A stretch of DNA of 64,000 bases from Felis catus (Eukaryota): NCBI RefSeq assembly GCF_018350175.1, contig NC_058368.1, forward strand, positions 148,864,001 through 148,928,000. The letters are read 5' to 3'. The notes under the pieces are model-generated. The model did not search any database and was not told the DNA's origin. It was given only the letters and a program-made list of their open reading frames with translations. Both the position numbers and the translations under genes were made by a program. Positions within the stretch are counted from its first letter, which is position 1. Every line of letters begins with the position of its first letter. Of this stretch, positions 37,828 through 50,683 are shown in pieces.

Positions 37828-39431
37828 ATAAATCTGTCATTGTTTTTCATATTTTTTTACATTTAAATTTCAATCAACTCAAGCAAAGGTTTGCCTATTC
37901 CTCTTATCCAGCCTAGAATATCTTTCTTTCTTCTTCATCTCTACCTCACAACCATATTAATTCTTTACTATCTAACTGGAGCCTTTATATCTTCCAAAGT
38001 GGTCTTTTTCCCTCCCAAAAAATCTAAATACCACTATTTCAATTGTATATAGTGAAGTTAGGAAGCATAGAATTCTGTTATTCATTCATTCATCCATTCA
38101 ATATAAGGACTGCCAACACTAAAATAATTTCGATTATTCAAATCTAATAAGCGGTATGATAGACTCATCTCTAAGATAACCAACATGAATGAGGAATGGC
38201 AACATTTAAAATAGTTAAGACTCTTTCCTGTTCCAAAAACTTCTATCAAGTTTATAGTTTGTTCTAACAAATTAGAAATATTCAATGAATATGTACTATA
38301 TGCAATAGGGCAAGACATGATTCAGAGAAATACCTGAAAATTCAAATTTATTCAGTATCTCAATTAGAATCTGCATTACATATATTTAGAACATTGACTC
38401 TTTCAAGTACTTGACAAATACTCAATATGGTAGGCTTGAATAAACTGTAAATTTGATGGACAGAAAAAAATTAACATCATTTTAATAAAGATTTTCTTTT
38501 TTTGAGAGCAGTTTTCAGTTCACAGCAAAACTGAGAATAAGGTTGCCATACATTCCTTGCCCTCACACATGGATAGACTCACCCGTTATCAACATCCTTT
38601 ACCAGAATGGTACATTTGTTACAATTAATGACACTTCTTAATCATCCAAAATCCATAGTTTATATTAGGATTCACTTTCATTGTACATTCTGTGGCTTTA
38701 GGCAAATGTATAATGACATGTTTCCATCATTATGTAAACATAAATAATATTTTCACTTAAATATCCTCTGTGCTCCATTTACTCATTCTCTTTTCCCCCT
38801 CTCCCAACCTTTGACAATCATTGATCATTTTATTGTCTGTATAGTTTTTTATCTTTTCCAGAATGTCATATCGTTGGAATCATATAATATGTAGTCTTTT
38901 AAATTGACTTCTTTCACTTAGAAATATGCATTTAGTTTTGCTCCATATCTTTACATGACTTGGTAGTTCATTTTTTTTCTTATTGCCAAATAGCATTCAC
39001 TGATTGGTTGTATCACAATTTATCTCTTCACCGACCAAAAAACATCTTGGTTGCTTACAAGTTTGGGAAATTATGAATCAAACTGCTAAAAACATCTGTG
39101 TGCAAGCTTTTGTGTGGACATAAGTTTCAAACTCCTTCATGTAACTATCAAGGAGCATGATTGTTGGATCATATGGTAGGAGTATGTTTTGTTTTGTAAG
39201 GAACAGCCAAACTGCCTTCCAAAGAGGCTGTACCATTTTGTAGTCCCACAATTAATGTAAGAGGGTTCTAATTACTCCACAACCTCAAAAGCATTTTCTC
39301 TTGCCAGTGTTCCAAATTTTAGACATTCTAATAGGTGTGTAGTAGTGTCATTGCTGTTTTAATTTGCTAATTTCTAAAAACATTTGTGCGGAACATCCTT
39401 TTATATGCTTGTTTTGTCAACTGTGTATCTT

Positions 39432-39653
39432 TTCTAAATTTTTTTTTTAACATTTATTTATTTTTGAGAGACAGAGAGAGACAGAGCATGAGCAGGGGAG
39501 GGGCAGAGAGAGAGGGAGACACAGAATCCAAAGCAGGCTCCAGGCTCCGAGCTGTCAGCACAGAGCCCAAAGTGGGGTTTGAACCCACAAACCCCAAGTT
39601 CATGACCTAAGCTGAAGTCAGATGCTCAACCGACTAAGTCACCCAGGCGCCCC
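39432..39653 (-). mobile_element. Can-SINE
   Basis: TSD caactgtgtatctt/caacagtgtatctt. Confidence 0.95.
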
Positions 39654-39732
39654 AACAGTGTATCTTCTTTAGTAAGGTGTCAGTTAAGATCTTTGGTCCA
39701 TTTGTCAAATGGTTTATTTTCTTGTATTGAGG

Positions 39733-39951
39733 TTTTTTTTTCTTTTTAATTTTTAAAATATTTATTTATTTTTGAGAGAGAGAGAGACAGTGTGAATGGG
39801 CGAAGAGCAGAGAGAGAGGGAGACACAGAATCTGAAGCAGGCTCCAGGCTCTGAGCTATCTGCACAGAGCCTGATGCGGAGCTTGAATTCACAAACCGTG
39901 ACATCATGAGCCAAAGTCAGCCACTTAAATGACTGAGTCACCAGGCGCCCC
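39733..39951 (-). mobile_element. Can-SINE
   Basis: TSD tcttgtattgag either side. Confidence 0.95.
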
Positions 39952-40599
39952 TCTTGTATTGAGTTTTAAGAATTTTTTGTATAGTTTTGATAACAAACCT
40001 TTATCATATGTATCTTTTGCAAATATTTTCTTTCTGGATGTAATTTGTCTTCTTATTCTCTTGACATGGTCTTTCACAGAACAGAAGTTTACAATTTTAA
40101 TGTAGTCCAGGTTATCAAATTTTTGTTTCATGGATCATGCTTCTACTGTTGTATCTAAAATATCTTTGCCATACTCAAGGTCCTCTAGGTTTTCTCCTAT
40201 TCTATCTTCTGGGATTTTTTTATAGTTTTGCATTTTACAGTTATGTTTATGATCAATTTTTAGTTAATTTTTGTGAAGGGTGTAAGGTTGTGTCTATATT
40301 AATTTTTTTTTTGCATGTAGCTATCCTCTTATTTTAGCACCATCTGCTGAAAAGACTATCTTTGTTCCATTGAATTGCCTTTGGTCCTTTGCCATAAATC
40401 AGTTCGCTATATTTATGTGGGTCTATTTATGGGCTCTGTCTGTTCCAATAATCAATTTATCTATTCTCTTGCTGATACCACTGTCTTGATTATTGTAGCT
40501 TTATAGTAAGTTTTGAAGTTGGTAATTGTCAGTCCTCCAACCTTGTTATTCTACAGTATTGTAGTGGCTATACTGTTTTTTTTTGCTTCTCTATATAAA

Positions 40600-40627
40600 T
40601 TTTATTTTTAATGTTTATTTATTTATT

Positions 40628-40661
<34 letters not shown>

Positions 40662-40818
40662 CAAGGGAAGAGCAAAGAAAGAGTGAGAGAATCCCAAGCA
40701 GGCTCCACACTGTCAGCACAGAGCCCAATGTGAGGTTCAATCCCATGAACCATGAAATCAGAATCTGAGTCGATATCAAGAGTCAGACACTTAATGGACT
40801 GAGACACCCAGGAGCCCC
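40600..40818 (-). mobile_element. Can-SINE (older subfamily)
   Basis: Reverse SINE; no TSD seen, flanks are L1 on the left and LTR on the right. Confidence 0.93.
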
Positions 40819-41403
40819 AAGGGATGAGTTTTGATTGGCAAGGAATATGAACTATATTCAGGAGGCCAGCCATGTGGGGAGAAGGAAGATTCTTGTCCAA
40901 AGCCAGCTCTCAGTTTTCTGCCTGGCCCAGAGACCTTTAAAGGGGTTGAATCGGTTAAGAGAGTACAACGGTCTATGACATTTCACGCAGACTTGAAGAT
41001 GCCAGCTACAGAGTTATTTTGGTACTCAGTGGTTGTACAAGAAGGTCTGGTTCCTTTGTACCTGGGGGTAGTTGTGCAAGAGTACTCTGTTCTTTCTGCA
41101 AAGGAGGGCAAGGTCCACATATGCACAAAGGGAGGTCAGTAAAGTCATTTGTGTGATCTTGAAAAAAAAAACATTTTGCTGACATATTGCTGGGCTAATC
41201 AGAAAGTTGAAGTGGCTTCGAGCAGACTTACTGGCCTCTGTGACCTGGGAAAGTTTTGGTCTCACATTTCCTAATGCCAATGGTCCACAAATCTCAAAGA
41301 AAGCAAATTAGTTCTGTTACAGATTAAGGGCCTTAAGTCAGTAAGCAAGGAGTGTGTTACTTGAAACAAGTTAACCCTTAAGACTGCCTGCAGTGCTGTT
41401 ACA
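40819..41403 (-). mobile_element. Probable ERV solo LTR, family not identified
   Basis: GC-richer block ending gctgttaca (minus-strand start TGTAACAGC); TATA-like cccctttaaagg on the minus strand. Confidence 0.55.
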
Positions 41404-41411
41404 AATGGTTA

Positions 41412-41412
41412 A

Positions 41413-41444
<32 letters not shown>

Positions 41445-41450
41445 CAACAG
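41412..41450. repeat. (TAA)n(CAA)n
   Basis: Direct reading. Confidence 0.9.
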
Positions 41451-41569
41451 TAGTAAATGGATGAAGATGCAGAGAAACTGGATTACCTTCCCATGGCTTA
41501 TGGGAATGTAAACTGGTACATTCACTCTGGGAAAATAACTTGGAATTTTCTTTAAAAACTACTCATGTA

Positions 41570-44110
41570 GAAGGAACACTTCCAAACTCTTTCTATGAAG
41601 TCAGCATTAACTTGATTCCAAAACCAGACAGAGACCCCATGAAAAAGGAGTACTATAGACCAATTTCCCTGATGAACATGGATCCAAAAATCCTCAACAA
41701 GATATTAGTTAACCAGATCCAACAATACATTAAAAATATTATTCACCACAACCAAGTGGGATTTACACCTGGGATGCGGGGCTGGCTCAATATCCGCAAA
41801 ACAATTTATGTGATTCATCACATCAATAAAAGAAAGGACAAGAACCATATGATCCTCTCAATAGATGCAGAGAAAGCATTTGACAAAATACAGCATCCTT
41901 TCTTGATAAAAACCCTCAAGAAAGTAGGGATAGAAGGAGCATACTTCGAGATCATAAGAGCCACATATGAATGACCCAATGCTAATATCATCCTCAATGG
42001 GGAAAAACTGAGAGCTTTCCCCCTAAGGTCAGGAACAAGACAGGGATGTCCACTCTCGCCACTGTTATTCAACATAGTATTGGAAGTCTTAGCCTCTGCA
42101 ATCAGACAACACAAAGAAATAAAAGGCATTCAAATGGGCCAGGAGGAGGTCAAACTTTCACTCTTCTCAGATAACATGGTACTCTATATGGAAAACCCAA
42201 AAGATTCCACCAAAAGACTGCTAGAACTGATTCATGAATTTGGCAAAGTTGCAGGATATAAAATCAATGCACAGAAATCGGTTGCATTCCTATACACCAA
42301 CAATGAAGTGACAGAAAGAGAAATCAAGGGATCGATCCCATTTACAGTTGCAACGAAACCCATAAAATACCTAGGAATAAATCTAACCAAAGAGGTGAAA
42401 AATCTATACACTGAAAACTATAGAAAGCTTATGGAAGAAATTGAAGAAGACACAAAAAAATGGAAAAAGGTTCCATGCTCCTGGGTAGGAAGAACAAATT
42501 TTGTTAAAATGTCAATACTACCCAAAGCAATCTTTTACATATTCAATGCAATCCCTATCAAAGTAACACCAGCATTCTTCACAAAGCTAGAACAAATAAT
42601 CTTAAAATTTGTATGGAACCAGAAAAGACCCCGAATAGCCAAAGCAATCTTGAAAAAGAAAACCAAAGCAGGAGGCAGCACAATCCCAGACTTCAAGCTA
42701 TACTACAAAGCTGGAATCATCAAGACAGTATGGTACTGGCACAAGAACAGACACTCAGATCAATGGAACAGAATAGAAAACTCAGAAATGGACCCACAAA
42801 CGTATGGCCAACTAATCTTTGACAAAGCAGGAAAGAACATCCAATGGAATAAAGACAGTCTCTTCAGCAAGTGGAGCTGGGAAAACTGGACAGCAACATG
42901 CAGAAGAATGAACCTGGACTTCACTTTCTAACACCACACCCAAAAATACACTCAAAATGGATGTAAGACCTAAATGTAAGACAGGAAGCCATCAAAATCC
43001 TTGAGGAGAAAGCAGGCAAAAACCTCTTTGATCTTGGCCATAGCCACTTCTTACTCAACACGTCTCCAGAGGCAAGGGTAACAAAAGCAAAAATGAACTA
43101 CTGGGACCTCATCAAAATAAAACGCTTCTGCACAGCAAAGGAAACAATCAGTAAAACTAAAAGGCAACCGACAGAATGGAGAAGATATTTGCAAATGACA
43201 TATCAGATAAAGGGTTATTATCCAAAAATCTATAAAGAACTTATCAAACTCAATACCCCCCCCCAAAAAAATAATCCAGTGAAGAAATGGGGAAAAGACA
43301 TGAATAGACACTTCTCCAAGGAAGACATCCAGATGGCCAACTGACACATGAAAAAATGCTCCACATCACTCATCATGAGGGAAGTACTAATCAAAACCAC
43401 AATGAGATACCACCTTACACCTGTCTGAATGACTAACATTAACAAGTCAGGCAACAACAGATGTTGGCGAGAATGCAGAGAAAGAAGATCTCTTTTGCAT
43501 TGCTGGTGGCAATGCAAGCTGGTGCAGCCACTCTGGAACACAGTATGGAGGTTCCTCAAAAAACTAAAAATAGAACGACCCTACGACCCAGCAATTGCAT
43601 TACTAGGCATTTATCCAAGGGATACAGTTGTGCTGTTTCGAAGGGACACATGCACCCCCATGTTTATAGCAGCACTAACAACAATAGCCAAAGTATGGAA
43701 AGAGCCCAAATGTCCATCGATGGATGAATGGATAAAGAAAAGGTGGTATAGGGGTGCCTGGGTGGCGTAGTCGGTTAAGCGTCCGACTTCAGCCAGGTCA
43801 CGATCTCGCGGTCAGGGAGTTCAAGCCCTGCGTCGGGCTCTGGGCTGATGATAGCTCAGAGCCTGGAGCCTGTTTCCGATTCTGTGTCTCCCTTTCTCTC
43901 TGCCCCTCCCCCGTTCATGCTCTGTCTCTCTCTGTCCCAAAAATAAATAAACGTTGAAAAAAAAATTAAAAAAAAAAAAGAAAAGGTGGTATATATATAT
44001 ATACAATGGAGTATTACTCAGCAATCAAAAAGAATGAAATCTTGCCATTTGCAACTATGTGGTTGGAACTGGAGGGTATTATGCTAAGTGAAATTAGTCA
44101 TGGAAAGACA
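41570..44110 (+). pseudogene. Disrupted L1 ORF2p (RT and C-terminal cysteine-rich domain)
   Basis: [41 protein letters not shown]...HCWWQC; in-frame TGA at 41972, frameshifts after about 42920, FADD changed to FSDN, SINE insertion. Confidence 0.95.
43751..43976 (+). mobile_element. Can-SINE, young, inserted in L1 ORF2 end
   Basis: 17-bp TSD aaagaaaaggtggtata 43734-43750/43977-43993. Confidence 0.97.
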
Positions 44111-44376
44111 AATACCATATGACTTCACTCATATGAGGACTTTAAGAGACAAAACAGATGCACATAAGGGAAAGGAAACAAAAATAATATAAAAACAGGG
44201 AGGGGGACAAAACAGAAGAGACTCATAAATATGGAGAACAAACTGAGGGTTACGGGAGGGGATGTGGGAAGGGGGAATGGGCTAAAAGGGTAAGGGTATT
44301 AAGGAATCTACTCCTGAAATCATTGTTTCACCATATGCTAACTAATTTGGATGTAAATTTTTTAAAAATTAAAATT

Positions 44377-44592
44377 GGGGCGCCTGGGTGGCACAGTCAG
44401 TTAAGCGTCCGACTTCAGCCAGGTCACGATCTCGCGGTCCGTGAGTTCGAGCCCCGCGTCGGGCTCTGGGCTGATGGCTCAGAGCCTGGAGCCTGTTTCC
44501 GATTCTGTGTCTCCCTCTCTCTGCTCCTCCCCCGTTCATGCTCTGTCTCTCTCTGTCCCAAAAATAAATAAACGTTGAAAAAAAATTTAAAA
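44377..44592 (+). mobile_element. Can-SINE, young, inserted in the L1 tail
   Basis: TSD aaaaattaaaatt 44364-44376/44593-44605. Confidence 0.96.
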
Positions 44593-45559
44593 AAAAATTA
44601 AAATTAAAAAAAAACAAGAAAACAAAACAAACAAACAAAAAAAACTACTCATGTAACTACTATATGATCCAGCAAATGTACTCTTGGGTTTCTATTTCAG
44701 AGAACGTTTTTTACATTGAAGTATTAGAAAAGACTTGTTTGAATAATAAACACATATGCTCTGAAACTTTGTAGTCAAATCTTGTATCTATAGAAAACCT
44801 CTGTGTGATTCTTCATAACAAGTTTGTAATAGCCAAAAGCTGTAATAATCAAAATGCTATCAATACAATGAAGATACTACTGAGAATATTTTTAAAAAGG
44901 CAGGGCAGGTATTATTTATACATGCAAAACTTGGATGTCTCTTAAGTAAATTATGCCACGTGAGAAAAGCCAGTCTCAAAGGACCCATGCTATATGAATA
45001 TTATCTAAGTGAAAAAAATTATAGACTTGACAAACAGATTAGTGGCTGCTAGATAGGGAAGAGGTGGGGAATGGTCATGACTGTAGGTGAGTAGCACTAG
45101 AGAGATCTTCTGATGGAGTAATTCTGTATCTTGTTTTTGATCATGATTACACAAATTTACATATGTTATAAAAAGCCATAAATCTGTATACACAAATGAT
45201 AATAAAACTAATTTCTCAGATTTTATATTATCCAGGAGTTATATAAGTTGGAACGATTGGGGAAACTATTGAAGAGTACATTGGGACCTCTCTGTTCTGT
45301 CTTTGCAAACATTTGTGAACATAAAATGATTTCAAAATGAAAAATATAAAATATTGATTGAAATTAAAAATATTCCTCTATGTACAAATAGCAAAATATT
45401 ATGAAATATTCTTCCAATACCCTGATGAAGGACCTTTCTGAAAAGTACTTGAAAAATATATATCACATGGTGTAACACTTATGAACATTTTCTTCCAGAT
45501 TTTGCAAATTAAAAAAAAATGAGACATAAGAATATGTTTAGCTATAAAACTATATTGTC

Positions 45560-45736
45560 AGAGTTGGGTGGGAGATGGGCTAAATGGTCAGTAGCCATTA
45601 AATAAGGAGGGCAGTTTTGGGGATGAGGGCAGGGTGTTACATGTAAGTGATGAGTTACTATATTCTATTCCTAAAATCATCTTTACACTGTATGTTAACT
45701 AACTTGGATTTAATTTAAAAAAGAAAACAATAAACA
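45560..45736 (+). mobile_element. Short felid L1 3'UTR end
   Basis: gatgggctaaatgg...gtaagtgatga...cactgtatgttaactaacttggattta. Confidence 0.88.
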
Positions 45737-45975
45737 GGGGTGCCTGGGTGCCTCAGTCAGTTAAGCTGCCTACTTCAGCTCAGGTCATGATCTTGTGATT
45801 CGTGAGTTCAAGCCCCACATGGGGCTCTGTACTGACAGCTCAGAGCCTGAAGCCTGCTTCAGATTCTGTGTCTCCCTCTCTCTGTCCCTCCTCCCCAGCT
45901 CGCACTCTGTCTCTTTCTCTCTCTTAAAAACAAATAAATATTAAAATTGTTTTAATTAAATAAAAAAATAAAAAA
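45737..45975 (+). mobile_element. Can-SINE in an L1 tail
   Basis: Typical head, body and tail. Confidence 0.94.
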
Positions 45976-46384
45976 TAAGTTTATACTACTTCAAAACAGC
46001 AGCAACAACAACAACAAAAACAACAGAGCATTGATTAAGAGCATCGATTTAGTGTATAAAAATAGTGGATGTTACCTAAATGCTAACAATGAGCTAATCA
46101 TAAAATTATACTTTCAAACACTTAGATGTAAAGTTAGATTTATTGTCTACTATTTACAGTTAAATTTATAATATATTAGGTTACCATGAGATAGAGAGAG
46201 AATTCCATTCTTTTAGAGAGAAAGAGAGAAATGCAGACAGATAAACTGCAATCCCCAAAATCAATCTGGAGGCAGTGGTTTTCTGTTTAGGACAAGTAAT
46301 GATTTTTATTTTCACCTTTTCTTCTTAATTAAAAAAAATTCTACAATTAACATATTATTTTTTAATTAAATTGCATATAATTTC

Positions 46385-46615
46385 TCTCTTAGTCCATTCA
46401 GAGTGCTGTAACAAAATACCATAGACTGTTCTATGAACAACAAACAGTTATTTCTTACAGTTCTGGAGTCTGGAAAATCAGATATCAAGGTGCCTATATA
46501 TTTGGCTATCTTTCTGGTTTATTGACGGCTGTCTCTTCTCCGTGTTCTTACATGGGGGAAGAGGCATTCTCTCTGAGAATTCTTTTATAATGGCACTAAA
46601 TCCATTCATGAGGAA
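46385..46615 (-). mobile_element. MaLR LTR fragment (MLT1A-like)
   Basis: tcttagtccattcag.gtgctgtaacaaaataccatagactg...tatttcttacagttctggag...tcaaggtgcc. Confidence 0.85.
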
Positions 46616-47680
46616 TCAGTCCCAATTTTTTATTGCTACACTGAGTAAAAAATCCAGCAAGCTTTGAAATATATATGAGGTGATATAATTGTTTGTATGC
46701 AAAATCAATATTAAAACCCAGGAGTCCCAGCTCCCATTGTGTTATCTTGCCCACTATATATACCGTTACTTATTTTTATGATGTTTTGAATATGCAAACT
46801 TTAACAGAGCCAGATATTTTATACTGCAATTTTTAAATCAAAAAGTCATCCTAATTTAAGTGTAGTGTTTTTTGGACCTTATCTTTACAGAGTCACACCA
46901 GACCAAAGAGAAAGACATATGCTATCATCACCACAAATTCTACATTTCTCCAAATAAGTGAAAGCCTTTTTTCTTTTCTAGAAAATTCATAAAAACCCAA
47001 TTATAGACATTAGACATAGTATGGAAGAAAATAATTTGCCTCAGATAGGATGCTATAGTAGATCTTGAAACTTATTTTTCTGTTAGCTGCCCAAATTAAT
47101 GCTTGAAAAATAAGATTAGTTCAAAAGACACATTTCCAAACAAGTCAGAGACATAGGTCTCATGTATTAGAAGAGGTCTCTATTGAATGGGATGGAACTA
47201 AATTTAAATGAAACTTTAAGAGCAGAGCAACATTTAAAAGTTAAAATTGATTTATTTAGTTTGTTCATTTCTTTCTTATATTTATTAGTGGTCTTGACAT
47301 CAATAAAATTAGTGGAATTATTATTAGGTTCTACCAGAAAAAAAATAATACATGCAATAGAAAAGAGGTGTATTTCTAGAAATTTGAATTTTGAACCAAG
47401 AGGACTAAGAGATAAACTCTCAGGGTTATTCATTTCCTTTGCTAGTACTGTCAGATGTTCAGTTTAATCTATAATGAACATAAGGTGTAATTATGTATAC
47501 TCAAAGAGCATCTTTTGCTGAGCTCATGTCCAGTGAGCCAGAAATTAAACTTCAGTGTTTAGTTATTCTTTGAGATTACAATAGTTCCAGGTTACTAAAG
47601 ACAGTTTAAAGTTCACTGGAAACACTTAAGTTGGTTGCTAGAATAAATTACTATTGACAATTTTTTTGTGGAAGGAGTTC

Positions 47681-47900
47681 TTTAATTATTTTCATTATTT
47701 TTTTATGTTAAAGAGAGAGAGAGAGAGGGCTGGGAAGACAGGCAGAGGGAGAGAGATAGAGAGAGAGAATCTTCAGCAGGCTTCATGCTTAGCATGGAGC
47801 TCAGCATGGGGCTCAGTCTCATAACCCTTGGGACCATGATCCAAGGTGAGCTGAAATCAAGAGTCAGTTGCTCAATCTACTGAGCCACCCAGGTGCCCCC
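47681..47900 (-). mobile_element. Can-SINE (older subfamily)
   Basis: gagctgaaatcaagagtcag...ctgagccacccaggtgcccc. Confidence 0.9.
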
Positions 47901-49166
47901 GTTGGCTCAGTTTTTAATCCAAGCACTCTTGAGAGGTCATCCTCCTGTATTTTTGGATGAACTAAACACCTCAAGCAAGGTTGGTTCACTTGGGCAGAAA
48001 TTCCAGATAATCAAATTTGTTAATTTTACAGATATGGATCCTGAGTCTGAGAGATAAAGAAGTCAGATTATAAACTCAATGTCCGAATCCTTAATCCAAT
48101 GGGAAATAATCTATCAGAAGAAGGTTAGGGCTAGAGACAGAAACAGAAGGAAAAGCAGGTATCTAGAGAGAATTTTTAAAATAACTATGTTTATATATTT
48201 CTGCAGTGTGGGCTACTCATTGAGGGTCATCCTCCTCCTTTCTTTCCAGGTTTGACTTCCATGAGAATATTAGAAAAAAATTAAGCTAATCAATTAATTA
48301 ATTTTCTTTGTGCACTTTCCTTGATGCAGTCAAGCCCTGATTCTCCCAGATCAGCAATATAAGGAGAATGCAAGTGAAAGCACCATCATTTCCCCTAAAT
48401 TTCTCTTTTCCTGTGTGATTTCTTACCTTTTATTAACTATTTCGGTCATGTGATCTTCTAAGAAAATGAGTAACATTTTGTCCATAGGGTCCTGTCCTTT
48501 CGTAGCTGGGGTAAGGATGCACATTTAAACAGGACTTTCTTTTCATTTTGGCGCCCAAAAGGCAGGGAAAGCAGCATAGATTTAGATTAACTTTCAGAGG
48601 ATGAGGTGCCTGGCTCACTCAACTTCTGAGTTGCCCTGTTAGAGAACTTTTCATCTTAATCTTTACTACCTGAAACCACTCCAGCATTACTTACTAAATC
48701 CTCAAATGTCTGCACCTGATAAATCATGATCCCAAGCAAAAGTAGTTGGATTTCTCTCTCAAATGCTAAAAGTTGAAATTTTAATTTTCAGTGTTGTGCC
48801 AAAAAATTCTTCCCTAAACAATTGACGCCAGGAATCCATACCTTCCAGATACTTCTTTTACTTTAAAAAAAATTACCATGTGAGAAGCAATACAAGAATG
48901 CATATGTGGTTAATGAAGTAAAACAGTACTGTTTAATGAAATTTTATGTTAAGTAGGTATTAATATGTGTGACAAATACTGTACAGAAACATGGATTTTA
49001 GAAATGATTAAGGGATTATTTTAATCTTTTAATAGATAGTAGTTAATACATAGTAAGTATATCTCAATAATTATGTATGTTTTGATCCCTATCTCCCCTG
49101 AATTTCATTGTAGCTAATCAAAGATCATGTTTTTGTCACAACATGATAGCTAGAATTACTCAGGAT

Positions 49167-49494
49167 ATTTCAACTCTTAAGAAGAGAAATAAATGTTACA
49201 TGAAATGTAATATATTCATTCATAAAAATATTTATTAAGATATTACTATGTGCCAGGCAACTGTTTTAGGTTGTGGTGATCTAAAACAAATAAAAAAACT
49301 AAAAACAGGTCTTGCCTTCAAGTAACTGGCATTTCAACTCTTAAGAAGAGAAATAAATGTTACATGAAATGTAATATGTTCATTCATAAAAATATTTATT
49401 AAGATATTACTATGTGCCAGGCAACTGTTTTAGGTTGTGGAGATCTAAACCAAATAAAAAAACTAAAAACAGGTCTTGCCTTCAAGTAACTGGC
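49167..49494. repeat. 164-bp tandem duplication containing an L2 3' end
   Basis: 49167-49330 versus 49331-49494, 3 substitutions by eye. Confidence 0.97.
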
Positions 49495-50189
49495 ATCTTA
49501 ATAGGAAATAAAGGAACTAAGGTTATAAAGAATGTGGTAGTATAAAATAAAATTCTAATAATTTGAAATATTATTTTTGGACTTAGCATAAGTAGAAAAT
49601 GACATAAAAATATCTGAAATATTTACTAGTAGAGTTAAGTAAGAGTTAAAAAATCTATTTTTTTTCAAAATTTAGGAGTGTTTTAAATACTTCGGTAATA
49701 TGTAGATATTCAACATCACAACTCAACATCTGGTGTATTTATTCAGTATAATTTTATTAATTGCATACGTAGCAGGGTGACAGAATTAATCAGTGACATG
49801 ACCAGCATACTGAATAATTAGAATGATAATGTTAAAATTAGATCATTAACATCCTACCTTTTTGCCTAATGACAGGGTATTCACTATAATTACTAAGAAC
49901 AGAATAATAACATATTCACTAAAGGATTGTGTTTAATTGCACACAGTATTATGGTAGAAAACTAAAAAAAGGGGTGCAAAGGAAAGGTTACGATTAATAA
50001 GGATGCAAAATGTAGTCAGTTGGATTTTGTCACTTACTGAAGACAAACTACAGAGACCCTCATGCTTTAAACATTGCTATTAACTGTTCCCATTTGCAAA
50101 AGAATAGAAAATTTTCCTGCTTGTTGAATGAGAAAGAAAGCTTATTGAATATCACAAACTTTTACCAGTGACTGCATATGTGCTGCTTA

Positions 50190-50600
50190 TTTCTAGTTAC
50201 TCGGTCCAGATCCAATCTTCATTCTTCACACTTCTCTGTGCCCTGGGAGACAGGGTCTTCACAAACTGTGCCAGTGGGCTTCTTGACTTCTGGATTGCTC
50301 TTGCATTTGTGACCAAAGGCATACACTTGGAGGAGAGGGGGCAAAGGGCAAAAGGAAAAAGGAAGAGGCTGGCTCTTTCCCACCTGAGTGAACAGGAAGT
50401 TGGTGTGTTCTTCTGTTTTCCCTGTGGGTATGCTCCTCCCCCCACACTTAGAGTCATTTGTTTTGGATTAATTAACTACTCCCTAGGCTGGTCACTTTAC
50501 ACTTAGTGATGGAAATAGTTTCTTAGTCATTCCTTGGCCTGAGTGCTTCACTCGTCCTTTGACTTCCCGTACTCTTTCCTGATTTTTTTTTCTTGCAGTG
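50190..50600 (+). mobile_element. ERVL LTR (LTR33-like)
   Basis: tccagatcca...ctctgtgccctgggag...gggcttcttgacttctgg. Confidence 0.6.
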
Positions 50601-50683
50601 ACTTAGTATCAGTATTGTATAGATACAGAAAACACTGGAGACTTTAAAAACTTCATAAATTTTAGTTTACACTCTAGAGCTTC

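Larger units (their letters stand above)
38490..40598 (-). mobile_element. Old L1 3' portion (L1MC1-like) with two nested SINEs
   Basis: gagcagttttcagttcacagcaaaactgag...ggtacatttgttacaat...ccatagtttatattagg; ORF2-end sequence continues to ttgtcagtcctccaac. Confidence 0.88.
41570..44639 (+). mobile_element. 5'-truncated felid LINE-1 (L1_Fc-like)
   Basis: ORF2 homology, 3'UTR, A-rich tail; 16-bp TSD aaaaactactcatgta 41554-41569/44640-44655. Confidence 0.97.
41450..45355 (+). mobile_element. Old L1 3' end (L1MC/MD-like), host of the young L1 at 41570-44639
   Basis: gatgcagagaaactgga..tgggaatgtaaactggtaca..ctctgggaaa, resuming at 44656 actatatgatccagcaa; ends atgatttcaaaatgaaaa. Confidence 0.8.

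Noticed and set aside
41540..43770. Longest ORFs (144, 283, 83 and 113 aa) as a functional or novel reverse-transcriptase gene
   Set aside because: They are fragments of one decayed L1 ORF2 with a stop, frameshifts, mutated catalytic motif and 5' truncation.
47901..47912. gttggctcagtt next to a SINE head as a second head-to-head fusion
   Set aside because: Only about 10 nt of similarity, too short to distinguish from chance.
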